A stretch of DNA of 64,000 nt from Planctomycetota bacterium (GCA_045863855.1 BTVV01000003.1:32001-96000), one strand, 5' to 3'. Shown: positions 1-10,007, counted from the stretch's first letter. The notes: a model not told the origin generated them from the sequence alone. Made by a program: numbers and translations.

Positions 1-408
1 CTTGACCTTCAGGCGCGTCTTTTCTTCGATGGTGTTGATCGCGCGACGATTGAGCGGGTTGCCCATGACCACGCAAAGCAGATTGCCCAGGCGCTCGAAC
101 GGGCAGAGCTTGTCGGCATCGCACTGGTCGGCGGGAACCGTCTTGAGCACCGACGAGCCAACCTGGAGATCTTCGCAGTGAATGTCGGTGACTTGGACCT
201 GCTTGAGCAGCGCGGCGCCGACGGCATGCTCGTCGCACGCGCCGAGGCTGCGCAGGATCTGTCCGATCAGGCCGCCTTCTTTTTCCTGGATCTTGAGCGC
301 TTTGGCGATCTGCTCCGCCCCCACGTCGCCGTTGTCCTGCAGCAACTGGCCGAGTTGCTTGGAGCGCATGGAAAAGCGCGTGGAGCGCCGTGATGGGCTG
401 TTCGCCAT
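1..408 (-). CDS. MshEN (T2SSE/PilB N-terminal) domain protein, truncated at window edge
   Basis: Not in ORF track. Manual translation from ATG at 408: MANSPSRRSTRFSMRSKQLGQLLQDNGDVGAEQIAKALKIQEKEGGLIGQILRSLG...LCPFERLGNLLCVVMGNPLNRRAINTIEEKTRLKVK. Open to position 1, with the MshEN LGxLL/ALxxQ pattern. Confidence 0.8.
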   Translation of the reverse strand, partial: MANSPSRRSTRFSMRSKQLGQLLQDNGDVGAEQIAKALKIQEKEGGLIGQILRSLGACDEHAVGAALLKQVQVTDIHCEDLQVGSSVLKTVPADQCDADKLCPFERLGNLLCVVMGNPLNRRAINTIEEKTRLKVK

Positions 409-441
409 GGGGTCAACACTCTCCCGGATGCGCGTCCCGGA

Positions 442-1488
442 TCACTCCAGGACCTTGATCAGCGTCAGCAGGTTTCCGCCGCGCGGGTTGGGGCGGTGTT
501 CCACGGTGTCCATCGACTGAATCACGCTGGCGAAGCGCTGGTCGGCGTAGATCGAGCCGCCCGCGCCGAAGTCGAACGGCTTGCCGTGGTCGGAAATCTT
601 GACGGTGAGCGTCTTTCCGTTGGGCACGATCAGCAGGTGGAAGCTGCTCTTGGAATCGCTCTCGTAGGCCAAGTCGATCACGCGCTCGCAGGCATCCACC
701 ACCGCTCCGCTGATCTGGTCGAGGTTATCGCCGTTGAATCCGCAACCTTCGGCACAGCGCGCGGCCAGTTCACCGACACCGCTCAGCAGTTCCTTGCGCG
801 TGGGCAGGCTGAGTTCGACGGGCGTGCCCTTTTTGGAAGCGAAGAAGCGGACCTTGCCCGTCGGTTCGACGGCCAGCACCGTGCCGCAGCGCGGGCACTT
901 GTACTTACCGACGGCCGGAATATCGAGCGTCACGCGGCAGCGCGCGCACTGGGCCTGAGTCGGGAACGCGGCCGGAGCCGCGGCTGCGGGGGCCGGAGCG
1001 GGCGCGGCGTGCGCCGCCGGAGCCGCGTAGTGCGAAGGGGTCGCCGGGTAAGCCGGGGCCGCCGGAGCGGGCGCGGCGTACGACGGCGCCTCCTGATGCA
1101 CTTTCACCGAGGCCGGCGGCGCGGTTTCGCCGCTGAAGCTGCGCAGCGCGGTCGCCTCGTCCGGAACGATGTTGAAGAGTGCGTTGAAGCCCAGCATTTC
1201 CATCACGAGCATGACCTTGCTCGGTACGCGGCAGAACGCGATATGCCCGCCGATCGATTCGAACGTGTCGGCGTACTTGAGCAGCGTGCCCAGACCGGTC
1301 GAATTGATGTACTTTACGCTGGTGCAGTCGAGGATCAGGTTCTTGACGCCGCGCTCGATCAGCTTGTCCATGACCTGCTGGAACTGCTGAATGGTCGTCG
1401 CGTCGATGGAGCCGTCGATCTCGGCCAGCGTCGCCGTGGTTCCCGAGGGGGACTTGATGACTTTGACTCGAAACTCAATGGATGCCAT
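442..1488 (-). CDS. STAS anti-anti-sigma domain + Pro/Ala linker + C4 zinc ribbon + degenerate RsbW-like HATPase fusion
   Basis: LILDCTSVKYINSTGLG (STAS phospho-Ser motif), CARC..CPRC, and C-terminal ISDHGKPFD..MDTVEH..GNLLTLIK. Confidence 0.85.
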   Translation of the reverse strand: MASIEFRVKVIKSPSGTTATLAEIDGSIDATTIQQFQQVMDKLIERGVKNLILDCTSVKYINSTGLGTLLKYADTFESIGGHIAFCRVPSKVMLVMEMLGFNALFNIVPDEATALRSFSGETAPPASVKVHQEAPSYAAPAPAAPAYPATPSHYAAPAAHAAPAPAPAAAAPAAFPTQAQCARCRVTLDIPAVGKYKCPRCGTVLAVEPTGKVRFFASKKGTPVELSLPTRKELLSGVGELAARCAEGCGFNGDNLDQISGAVVDACERVIDLAYESDSKSSFHLLIVPNGKTLTVKISDHGKPFDFGAGGSIYADQRFASVIQSMDTVEHRPNPRGGNLLTLIKVLE

Positions 1489-1563
1489 GACCGCTCCACC
1501 TCACCCTGCGCGCGCCACCGGTTGTCGTTCCGCCCCCCACGGCCCTGGACCGGGCCTCGCGGG

Positions 1564-2670
1564 TCAGGCTTTCTGGATGTACTTCGTCAGCGTGATTTTG
1601 TTTCCGGCGTAGTTGTACTCCAGCTTGTCGACGCAGCGCAGCATCAGCATGATGCCCAGCCCGCCGGCGCCGCCGGCCAAGTTGCGTTCGCGCGCCGCTT
1701 CCACCGGGTTCCCGCCCACGCCGCGGCTCAGGTAAATCTCCGTGTCGAAGCCTTCGCCGTCGTCCATCACCGAAACCGTCACCTTCTCGCGGTCCACGAA
1801 GTATTGGATATCGACGGGCCGCGCTTCGTTGTACTTGTTGCCGTGCCGGGAACCGTTGTCCACGGCTTCGCGGAACGCGATCGCCAGCGCCTCGCGCGAC
1901 TCTTCGGGCAGCCCCGACTGCTGCAGCATCTCGCCGAACAGATCGTTGCAGCGCTCGATGCAGTCTTCCTTCGTCTGCAGGCGGAAATGAATCGAATGGT
2001 CGAAGTAGTTGCGTTCCTCGGCGAAGCGCGCCAGCTCCGACTCGGCCAGCCGCACCAGCTCGGAAAGCTCGAACGGCTCGACGATGGACTCGTCGTGCTG
2101 GACCTGCAGGCCGGTCACGGCCTGCGGATCTTCGCCTTCCGCGAAGATGCGGACGATGGCGATCATGCTCGATTCTTTGCGCTTCTTGACCGCTTCGCAG
2201 ACCTTCCACGGTTCGGAGAGTCCGACGTCTAGCACCACGAGGTCGGGCGGCTCTTTGCGCAGTTGAGCGACCGCGTCGTCTTCGCCCTGCACCACCGTCA
2301 CGTTGCTGCGCGGGCTCGTCAGCCGCGCGGCCATCACGCCGGTGAAAAAATTCTTCTTCGGGACCACCAGCAGAATCTGGTAGACGCCCGTTCCTTCAAG
2401 CTTCTTGCGGAACTCTTCGTCGAGATCGAGATGCACGCGCCGCACGGCGGGCAAATGCATGTTGGAACCCGCGGCGCTTTTCGCCGCCACGGTTTGCCCC
2501 TGCTTCAATTGGACGGTGAGGAATTGTGGCAGTTCGATTCGGTTGCCGCGCTGAAGTTCTTTCTTCATCACGTCAATGGCCCGGTCCAGCACCGCCAAGG
2601 CCGTGGCTTCGGGCTGATTCAGCTCCTGAGCCACGCGCTGTGCCAGCTCGGGTGTCGATAGGCTCTTCAT
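1564..2670 (-). CDS. HU/IHF-like domain + atypical receiver domain + RsbW/SpoIIAB-like Ser kinase
   Basis: Start at MKSLSTPEL with GAGG RBS. N-terminal ~90 aa aligns by eye to HU; PPDLVVLD receiver motif; EAVDNGSRHG, MDDGEGFD and GGLGI HATPase boxes. Confidence 0.85.
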   Translation of the reverse strand: MKSLSTPELAQRVAQELNQPEATALAVLDRAIDVMKKELQRGNRIELPQFLTVQLKQGQTVAAKSAAGSNMHLPAVRRVHLDLDEEFRKKLEGTGVYQILLVVPKKNFFTGVMAARLTSPRSNVTVVQGEDDAVAQLRKEPPDLVVLDVGLSEPWKVCEAVKKRKESSMIAIVRIFAEGEDPQAVTGLQVQHDESIVEPFELSELVRLAESELARFAEERNYFDHSIHFRLQTKEDCIERCNDLFGEMLQQSGLPEESREALAIAFREAVDNGSRHGNKYNEARPVDIQYFVDREKVTVSVMDDGEGFDTEIYLSRGVGGNPVEAARERNLAGGAGGLGIMLMLRCVDKLEYNYAGNKITLTKYIQKA

Positions 2671-2784
2671 GTACGCCTCGCGCTCCGCAACACCCCCAGC
2701 GCCGGGTCTCGGCCCGGCGTCTGCCCCAACTCGAATCGCCAATAGAGCTTCTAGTATACTGCCCCGCGTGCATTCCGGTCAATG

Positions 2785-3408
2785 CTACTTGTGCCGAGCT
2801 ACCCGCGCGAACAGTTCTTCCCGAGAGATCACCTGCTTCTCGGCCAAAAGCTCCACCAGCGCCTTCAACAAAACCGTCGGCGCCACCTCGACCCGGCCCT
2901 TGGCGCCGCCCGAACCGGCCGCCGCCGCCACGCCGCCCGAAGCACGGTACGCCGCTTCGGCTTCTTCCAGCTCCGGGTTGGATCTTCCATGACAGTAGTA
3001 GTCGATCGCCTTTTGGATATCCAAGCGCGTCGAGACCGCCAGATCGGTCCGCAATCCGGTTAAAAATCGAATCTCATCGATGGCCGCGAAATCGAGCGGA
3101 TCGGAAACTGCCAGGATCAACGCATCTTCGGTCCGGCGCAGGGGAAGCAGTTGATGCTTTTCCAGCACCTCTACGTCGATCAGCGCCGAGACCTGCGGCG
3201 AGACCACCAGGTCTTTCAGGCCCAGCATCGGGAGGCCCATCTGCTTGCTCATAAGCTGCGTCAGTTGCTCTTCGGTGACGTAGCGCAGCTTGGCCAGGAT
3301 GACCGGAAGCTTACCGCCGACCTGCTTTTGAGTATCCTGAGCGGTCTGTAGTTGTTCGGGCGTAACCAAGCGCGCTTGAGTGAGCCATTCGGCCAGCTTA
3401 TCGCTCAT
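2785..3408 (-). CDS. stand-alone MshEN-domain protein with short C-terminal helical domain
   Basis: MSDKLAEWLTQARLVTPEQL..GGKLPVILAKLRYVTEEQL..LAVSDPLDFAAIDEIRFLTG. No ATPase domain. AAAGGGG RBS. Confidence 0.8.
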   Translation of the reverse strand: MSDKLAEWLTQARLVTPEQLQTAQDTQKQVGGKLPVILAKLRYVTEEQLTQLMSKQMGLPMLGLKDLVVSPQVSALIDVEVLEKHQLLPLRRTEDALILAVSDPLDFAAIDEIRFLTGLRTDLAVSTRLDIQKAIDYYCHGRSNPELEEAEAAYRASGGVAAAAGSGGAKGRVEVAPTVLLKALVELLAEKQVISREELFARVARHK

Positions 3409-3633
3409 CGTGCAGCCCCTTTCGCCTGAGCCCATATCTATGCGGCTCGGAAACGGAAGATTCATAGCTGTCAAGGCTTTACGGAAACTAGCCAGGACCG
3501 CGAAGACTGTCAAGCCTTTTCATGCTTTACGTACGGGCATGAGATAGGTCGCGATCTGCATCGAATGTGCGGCAGGCGGAAAAAAGATTTCGAGCGGATT
3601 CAGGCGGGACTTGCAAAGGCCTGTGCGCCCAGA

Positions 3634-6600
3634 TCAGCGCAACTGGGACACCAGACCTTCCATTTCACGGGCGACCTGCAGGAACTGATCGCCTTGCTTG
3701 TGGATCTCTTTGATCTTCTGGTCCGAGGCGTTCATGCCGCCGTCCACGCTCACTTCGCCGATCTCGCGGCTGTGGTGCGGTTGAGCGGTGGTGCTTTTTA
3801 GTTCATTGCCCTTCGAATTGATCTTTTTGCGCACTTCGTCGAGGCCGCGGCGCGCGGTGTCTTTTGCGCCGTTCGAGGTGGCCTGAGCCAGACGATCGGC
3901 TTCCACAAAGCGGCTGGCCAGGATCTCCTGGTTGGCTTGCGCCAGGTTGCCTTGCACGGCGTTAACCGTACCCTGGAGTTCCGGTTCGTAGTTGCGCGCG
4001 ATGGACTTGCGCAGAAGCGTGCGGGCGCTCTCGATCGTCTGCTTGGCCCGGTCGACATCTTGCTTGGCTTTGGACATGTTTCCTAAAGCCAAAGCGAGCG
4101 TGGCCAATTCGCCGGGATTGGCGCCCACTTTACGCACCGCGCTATCGGCCGCGGACTTGGCTTGATCGTAGTTACCGTTATTAACCGCCGAGGTGACGGT
4201 CGGCCAGATTTCGGCTTTGGCCAGGCGGATTTTGCGTTGGTGAATGGCGGATTGAACTTGGCTGATGAGTCCGTCGGCTTCCTGGACGAAAGGCGGCCCA
4301 TTGGTCTGGTCTTTGGCGAAGACCGTTCGGGCGGCCGTCGCTTTTTCCAGCGCCGTATCCAGGCCATTGTCTCCTTGCCCGTAGGCCGTGCGCGCGGCAG
4401 TCATGAGTTCCTTGAACGCGGCCTGATTCTTTTCGAACTCGATCTGAAGCTGGCGCTGCACTTTGGCGTTGGCCAGCAGCGGTTCGTACCCCGCCTTGCC
4501 CAAGGCGTTTAGTTCGATCAGCGACTCGTAGGTCTTGATCGCCCCGGCCCAGTTCTTGCCGGTCTCTTCCTGCTTAACCTGCGTCTCGAGCTTGTTCGTT
4601 TCGCGCGACTTCTTCAGGTGCGTATCGAGGTACTCGCGGATTTTCTGGCCGACGGCGGGCACCTTTTGCTTGCTCTCTTCCAGCTTTTTCAGGGCTTCGC
4701 CGTACTTGCGGTCCGCGCGTTCCAGTTCCTCGACCGCGCTGAACGCTTTCAATTCCTGCAGCGCTTTTTCGCCCCGCACCGCGTGCTCCTGGACCTCCGC
4801 CAGCACGTTGCGGAACGCCACCGCGGCTTGGGCGACTTCGTCGCTGCGATGCTTAAGCGCCTCGGCGTAGGACGTCCGCGCTTCACTTGCTTTGCGGGCT
4901 TCGAGGTACGAATCGCCGGAGATTATGGCGTTCTTGTACTGGAGGAGATTGTTCAACAGCCCCAGCTTGGCGTCGAACTCGCCCCGCTTTGCCGGATGTT
5001 CCTGGCTCAAGCCCTTGAAGATCTCGATGGACTTGGCGTAATCCTCCTGGGTTTCCGCATCCAGCCCCTGCTTCTCCAGGTCCGCCAATTCCTTCAACTT
5101 CATTCCGAGGTTCGCGATCTTGGTTTCCAGCTCTTTGATAAGTTCGGCCTGATTGGAATCCTTCGCCAGCGCCTGCGCGCCTTGGAATTCCTTAAGCGCG
5201 GCTTCCCATTCCTTATTCTCTTCCTGCTTGGCCGCTCCCACCATCTTGGATCGCGAGCGGGCCGCCGCCAGTTTTTGCGTAGCCGGCACGTCGTCGGGCT
5301 GTTTCTGCAGCGCTTCTGTGTAGTACAGTTCGGCGTCCTGGTACTTACCGTCGCGCATGCGCGAATCGCCGTCGCTGACCAGCCGGACGTAGTCCTTGCC
5401 CTTGAAGACTGCCTCACGCGCCTGCTGGAGTTGCGTCTTCAAGCCTTCGTCGTCCGGAATCATGCTCGAAGCCAGCGCGATCTGGCTCAGCGCGCTTTCC
5501 AGTTCGCCCTTCTCCTTAAATTTGGCGGCTTGGTCCAAGTACCCGTCGGCACGCGCGCGCGCCGACTCTTTGAGCAGGATCTGGCGCAGTTCGTCGTCGT
5601 TCCCCAAGGCCAGCGAGGCCGCTTGGCGCAAATTCTCCGAAGCCGTTTCGAAATTCCTGCCTTCGGCCAGCGTCTTGGCGGTCGTTCGCAGGCGCTCGAT
5701 GTCGATGCGCGCTTTCCAGCGGGCGATGTGAGCGGCAGCGGCTTGGTAATCTTCCTGCCCTGCTCGCTCGGCGAAATCGCGCGCGCCTTCGAAATCCTGC
5801 TTCTTGGCCGCGGCTTCCATTTCGAGCATGGCCTTCTCGAATTTCACCTTCGACAGCAGCGCCGCGGCTTCCTTGGTGGAAAGCCGTTTTTGCTCCAAGG
5901 AATCCGTTTGCGTGAGTATTGAAATCAAGTTTTGCCAGTCCGCATCGGACTTCTCTTTTTTCTTGTAAATCTCCAGGGCCTCATCCAGCTTTTCTTGCAC
6001 GACCAGGAAGCCGGATTCGGTCGCCCGCGTCAGTTCGCCGTCGGTGTGCTGGTAGAGTTCGCTGAGCAGTTTGCTTGCGGCGAAATCGCGCTGCGCCTGG
6101 TAGGCCAGGTTTTTCGCTTCCTTGTAGCGCTTGGCGTCGATGAGCGTGCGGACTTGGTCCTGGGTCTGCGTTTCGATCCCTTTCAGCGCGTCCTGCTCCA
6201 GCTTGAGGAGCGATTCGTCTCCGCTGAAGCGCTGCAACGCGTCCTTGGCCATGGCATAGGCGTCGGAGAACTCTTTCTTGTCGATCTTGCCTTGGACTTC
6301 TTCCGTCCAGCGCCCGCGGATATCGTCCTTTAGCTTCAGCAACGAGCTGTCGTCGCGGAAATCGCCCAAAGCGTTGGAGACCGTTTTAAGCGCTTCTCCG
6401 AAACGTCCGTCGGCCATCTTCTGGTTGGCCTCATTGACGTATTCGTTCAGCCGGGAATTCCGGTACGCCCAAAAGCCTCCGCCGGCAACGACCACCAAAA
6501 GCGCCGCGGCGGCGACGCCGATCCAGAGGAAGGAGCTCTTGGCGCTGGGGCCGCCCGGCCCCGTCGGCGTGGCGGGCGTATACCCGCCGGGCAAGGGACC

Positions 6601-7761
6601 GGGGCGCGGCGTGTGCGTCCCGCCCGGGCCGTGGATCATCGTCGGTTCGAAGCCCGTGGTCGCGCGAGCCGTCCCAGGCGTGGACCCGGATGCGCTCGGG
6701 CCGCTGGGCGGCGAAATCAGCGTCGGCGTCATGGCGTCGCCGTAGGTGCCCGGCGTCGAGACCCCTTGGCCGCCCTGCGTCGAATAGACCGATCCGCCCG
6801 TGGCCGTTTGAGGCACCTGGGTCCGCTGTGTCATCGGCGTCGGACCGGGCGTCATCTCGCTGGGATCGAGGTCTTTGGCCGCCGGAATCGAGGCTTCGAT
6901 CACCTTCAGGAAATCGAACTCGGAGGGCGGCTCGGGAACGATCTTTTTGGCCTTCTCGACATCCTTGAACAGCTCATCGGCCGTCTGGTAGCGGTCCTCG
7001 CGCTTCTTGGCCATCAGCTTGAGGACGATGCGGCAGGTTTCCTCGTGCAGATTAGCCACGAGCGTTCGCGGATCGGGTACCGCTTCGAACTTATGTTTGT
7101 ACAACACGCCCAGCGCCGTGGGCGCCGTGAACGGCGGCTGTCCCGTCATCACCGCGTAGAAGGTGGCGCCGAGCGAATACAAATCGCTGCGTACGTCGGC
7201 CACGTCGCCGTCGCACTGCTCGGGGCTCATGAACGTCGGCGTGCCCAGGAAGGTTCCGGTGCGCGTGAGATGCGATTGGCTGGAGGACTCGAGCACCAAG
7301 CCGAAGTCCACCAGCTTGAGCGTGCCTTCCTGATTGACGAGCATGTTCTCGGGCTTGATATCGCGGTGGATCAAGCCGTGCTTGTGCGCGCCGCCCAGCC
7401 CCTTGGCCGCCTGTGCGAGGCAGTCGAGCATCACCGATTCGGGCAGCGGCCCGTAGTCGCGTACGATGCCGCCGAGGCTCGCGCCTTCGATCAGCTCCAT
7501 CGCGATGTAGTAAAGCCCTTCGGCTTCACCGGCGTCGTGGACGGCAACGATATTGGGGTGGTTCAAGTTCGCGATGGCGCGCGCTTCCCGCATGAACCGC
7601 GCGACGTATTCGGGCGAACGGGTGAACTCGCTGGGAAGAACCTTCAACGCGATTTTGCGGCCGAGCGTGGTGTGCACGGCGCGATATACGCTGCCCATGC
7701 CGCCGGCGCCGATTTTGCCGACGATCTTACAGTTGGCAATAACTCGTGCACTGCTTTCCAC
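3634..7761 (-). CDS. Hanks-type Ser/Thr kinase with TM helix and long TPR-like extracytoplasmic region
   Basis: GAGGMG, ALK, HRDIKPEN, DFG, MSPEQ; Pro/Thr linker; TM FLWIGVAAAALLVVVAGGGFWAY; about 900 aa of helical repeats. Confidence 0.93.
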   Translation of the reverse strand: MESSARVIANCKIVGKIGAGGMGSVYRAVHTTLGRKIALKVLPSEFTRSPEYVARFMREARAIANLNHPNIVAVHDAGEAEGLYYIAMELIEGASLGGIVRDYGPLPESVMLDCLAQAAKGLGGAHKHGLIHRDIKPENMLVNQEGTLKLVDFGLVLESSSQSHLTRTGTFLGTPTFMSPEQCDGDVADVRSDLYSLGATFYAVMTGQPPFTAPTALGVLYKHKFEAVPDPRTLVANLHEETCRIVLKLMAKKREDRYQTADELFKDVEKAKKIVPEPPSEFDFLKVIEASIPAAKDLDPSEMTPGPTPMTQRTQVPQTATGGSVYSTQGGQGVSTPGTYGDAMTPTLISPPSGPSASGSTPGTARATTGFEPTMIHGPGGTHTPRPGPLPGGYTPATPTGPGGPSAKSSFLWIGVAAAALLVVVAGGGFWAYRNSRLNEYVNEANQKMADGRFGEALKTVSNALGDFRDDSSLLKLKDDIRGRWTEEVQGKIDKKEFSDAYAMAKDALQRFSGDESLLKLEQDALKGIETQTQDQVRTLIDAKRYKEAKNLAYQAQRDFAASKLLSELYQHTDGELTRATESGFLVVQEKLDEALEIYKKKEKSDADWQNLISILTQTDSLEQKRLSTKEAAALLSKVKFEKAMLEMEAAAKKQDFEGARDFAERAGQEDYQAAAAHIARWKARIDIERLRTTAKTLAEGRNFETASENLRQAASLALGNDDELRQILLKESARARADGYLDQAAKFKEKGELESALSQIALASSMIPDDEGLKTQLQQAREAVFKGKDYVRLVSDGDSRMRDGKYQDAELYYTEALQKQPDDVPATQKLAAARSRSKMVGAAKQEENKEWEAALKEFQGAQALAKDSNQAELIKELETKIANLGMKLKELADLEKQGLDAETQEDYAKSIEIFKGLSQEHPAKRGEFDAKLGLLNNLLQYKNAIISGDSYLEARKASEARTSYAEALKHRSDEVAQAAVAFRNVLAEVQEHAVRGEKALQELKAFSAVEELERADRKYGEALKKLEESKQKVPAVGQKIREYLDTHLKKSRETNKLETQVKQEETGKNWAGAIKTYESLIELNALGKAGYEPLLANAKVQRQLQIEFEKNQAAFKELMTAARTAYGQGDNGLDTALEKATAARTVFAKDQTNGPPFVQEADGLISQVQSAIHQRKIRLAKAEIWPTVTSAVNNGNYDQAKSAADSAVRKVGANPGELATLALALGNMSKAKQDVDRAKQTIESARTLLRKSIARNYEPELQGTVNAVQGNLAQANQEILASRFVEADRLAQATSNGAKDTARRGLDEVRKKINSKGNELKSTTAQPHHSREIGEVSVDGGMNASDQKIKEIHKQGDQFLQVAREMEGLVSQLR

Positions 7762-8228
7762 CAGCGAGCAACCTTATGTAAGGGTGGCGGATGCGAGGCG
7801 GTCCTGGGCGAATACCCAACCATCCGCCAGACCGGAAAGATCCCCGGCGGTCGCCTATCGCCTTACGCTCCTTATCGTTGGATTTCGTCTCAATGCAATC
7901 CTATTTTCGGAGCCAATCTCTACAGGGTGAGGTATGGCTTTGCCGAGACCCCATGCAGGTGAAGTGAGGATGAAGAAAAATAACACTTGTTCAGCACGCG
8001 TCGAAAGCTAAGAGCGGGTGTTGTCGGCCTTCGAAATCACGTAAATGGTTGTCGGCAAAGGGTACTCATGGCTGTCCAAAATGGAGCAGTCGAACTCCGA
8101 ACATGTGCAAGCGAGGGTCGATTTGACTCTCGAAAAATGAGTAAGCAGGGTCGCCGTGTTTCTGTAAAATGTTTCAAGTAAAGGGATTACAAGCAAAATG
8201 AGGACTCTTTATTATGCGCGAAACCATA

Positions 8229-8256
8229 TTGACTTCCGATGGAAGGTCGTTAGATT
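8229..8256 (+). promoter_or_regulatory. sigma70-like promoter for porin gene
   Basis: TTGACT-16 nt-TAGATT in an AT-rich intergenic region. Confidence 0.5.
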
Positions 8257-8322
8257 CTTTGCATCTTGCTACTCGGCAGTAACTGAATTGGCCGTATGCA
8301 CGGTCCTTGGAGGGGCTGCAAC

Positions 8323-9942
8323 ATGCAGAGCCTGGTTCGTTTGTGGGTCTTGTTCGCGGTGTTGGGCTGTGTAGGCCTGATCGCTGCGGCAGAGGGCGTT
8401 TCCGATAAAGATCTCTCGGATGTGAAGAAGGAGATCGAGTCGCTTCGGGCGCGCTTGGCCAAGAAGAATTCGACACCCACGACGGCGGGTCCGATCGGTC
8501 GTGCGAACGATCTGGTCGACAACAAGTACGGCCCGAACTCGACGGTGACCACTAAGGACGGCAAGCTCACGATGGGCGGGCTGGTCCAGGTGTGGTGGTA
8601 CAACATTCAGAACGATTCGAAGGACTTCCGCGCGGTTCCGCCGGCGCTTGGCGGGCAGACGGGCGAAGTGAGCGATAACGACGGTTATCGCGTTCGCCGC
8701 GCCGAGCTGAAGTTCACCTTGGACATCACTCCTCATATTACGGCGGTGGTGATGATCGACCCGACGGGTCAGGACGAGTTCAACTCGTTCCCAGGCGCGC
8801 CGACGAACCAGGGCATCGTGATCAAAGGCCAGTCGGAATCGGCCTTCATGGGCAGCATGCCGTTCAACAACTTGGTTGGCCCGCGCAATCCGATCTTCGG
8901 CGGGAGCAATTCGAGCTCGAACAGCGACCCGGCCAATCCGCTGGGCGGCGGCACGACGGACGTGACTCGCGTGCGCGTGCAGAACGGTACGGTCGTGGCG
9001 AACCGCCTGCTGCAGGACGCGTACATCAACTACCACCCGCACTTCATGCCTGAGCACGACTTCACGATCGGCCAGTTCAAGCCTCCGATGAGCGAAGAAG
9101 GCTGGCGCAACACGGGGCAGCTCGACTTTGCCGAGCGCGCGATGATCAACCAGTTCCCGAACCAGCGCGACTTGGGCCTGATGGTCCACGGCACGTGGTG
9201 GGAAGGCCGCTTCCAGTACTGGTTGGGCGCGTTCAACGGCGCCGGTTCGTTCCAGAACACGTTCGGCGGCTACCAGAACCGCTCGGATGACAACGATCCG
9301 TTCGATGTGGCTTGGCGCGTGCAGGTTCGCCCGGTTTGGCACAACGAAACTTGGGGCAGCTTGGAATTGGGCGTCAGCCGCCAGGACGGCGTGCACGGCG
9401 AAGCGAAGCGCGGCGGGAACTTCCTCGGCGGGGACCCGCTGGACGGCCTAGGCTTCACCGAGACGCATGCGTTCCGCCAGTGGGCGTGGGCGTGGTACCG
9501 CCCGGGTTCGGTGATGCGCGGCTTCTGGTTGCGCGGTGAGATCGGGCAGATGAAGGACCGCTTGCAGCCGATCTTCCAGAACGATCCCAACAGCTTCGAA
9601 CGCCACGGCTGGTACGCGGCGGTTGGGTACCACCTGGGTCAGAGCATCTGGGCGGACGATCTGGAGAACGGCGGCTGGTTCTGGAAGATGATGAAGGATG
9701 TGGAGTTCGCCTTCCGCTACGAGCAGTTCCAGAACATGATCCTGGAAGACCTTGACAATCCCAGCGTCGAGACGGACCGCTTCAAGAGCGAGGCGATGAC
9801 GGTGGGCTTCAACTACTACTGGAAGGGCCACAACGTCCGCTCGCAGGTCAACTACATTTGGGTCAACGAGCTGGAGAGCGATGCCCGGATTCGCGAGGTT
9901 CACAACAATACGTTCATCGTGACCCACCAGGTTCAGTGGTAA
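8323..9942 (+). CDS. outer-membrane porin, phosphate-selective porin O/P-like
   Basis: Signal peptide, short coiled coil, YRVRRAEL, LQDAYINY, IGQFKPPMSEE, DFAERA, RDLGLM; terminal aromatic residue (QVQW); GGAGG RBS before ATG 8323. Confidence 0.8.
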   Translation: MQSLVRLWVLFAVLGCVGLIAAAEGVSDKDLSDVKKEIESLRARLAKKNSTPTTAGPIGRANDLVDNKYGPNSTVTTKDGKLTMGGLVQVWWYNIQNDSKDFRAVPPALGGQTGEVSDNDGYRVRRAELKFTLDITPHITAVVMIDPTGQDEFNSFPGAPTNQGIVIKGQSESAFMGSMPFNNLVGPRNPIFGGSNSSSNSDPANPLGGGTTDVTRVRVQNGTVVANRLLQDAYINYHPHFMPEHDFTIGQFKPPMSEEGWRNTGQLDFAERAMINQFPNQRDLGLMVHGTWWEGRFQYWLGAFNGAGSFQNTFGGYQNRSDDNDPFDVAWRVQVRPVWHNETWGSLELGVSRQDGVHGEAKRGGNFLGGDPLDGLGFTETHAFRQWAWAWYRPGSVMRGFWLRGEIGQMKDRLQPIFQNDPNSFERHGWYAAVGYHLGQSIWADDLENGGWFWKMMKDVEFAFRYEQFQNMILEDLDNPSVETDRFKSEAMTVGFNYYWKGHNVRSQVNYIWVNELESDARIREVHNNTFIVTHQVQW

Positions 9943-9964
9943 TGTGAAGCGGCTTCGGCCGCGG

Positions 9965-9998
9965 AAAAGCGCCCTCCGCACGGAGGGCGCTTTTTTTT
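9965..9998 (+). terminator. intrinsic terminator
   Basis: AAAAGCGCCCTCC-gcac-GGAGGGCGC followed by T8. Confidence 0.9.
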
Positions 9999-10007
9999 GA
10001 AATGCAG

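Noticed and set aside
7987..8196. Short ORFs and a GTTGTCGGC repeat (8020, 8048) upstream of the porin as a possible Pho box
   Set aside because: The ORFs lack features, and the 28-nt repeat spacing does not fit the 11-bp Pho-box period.
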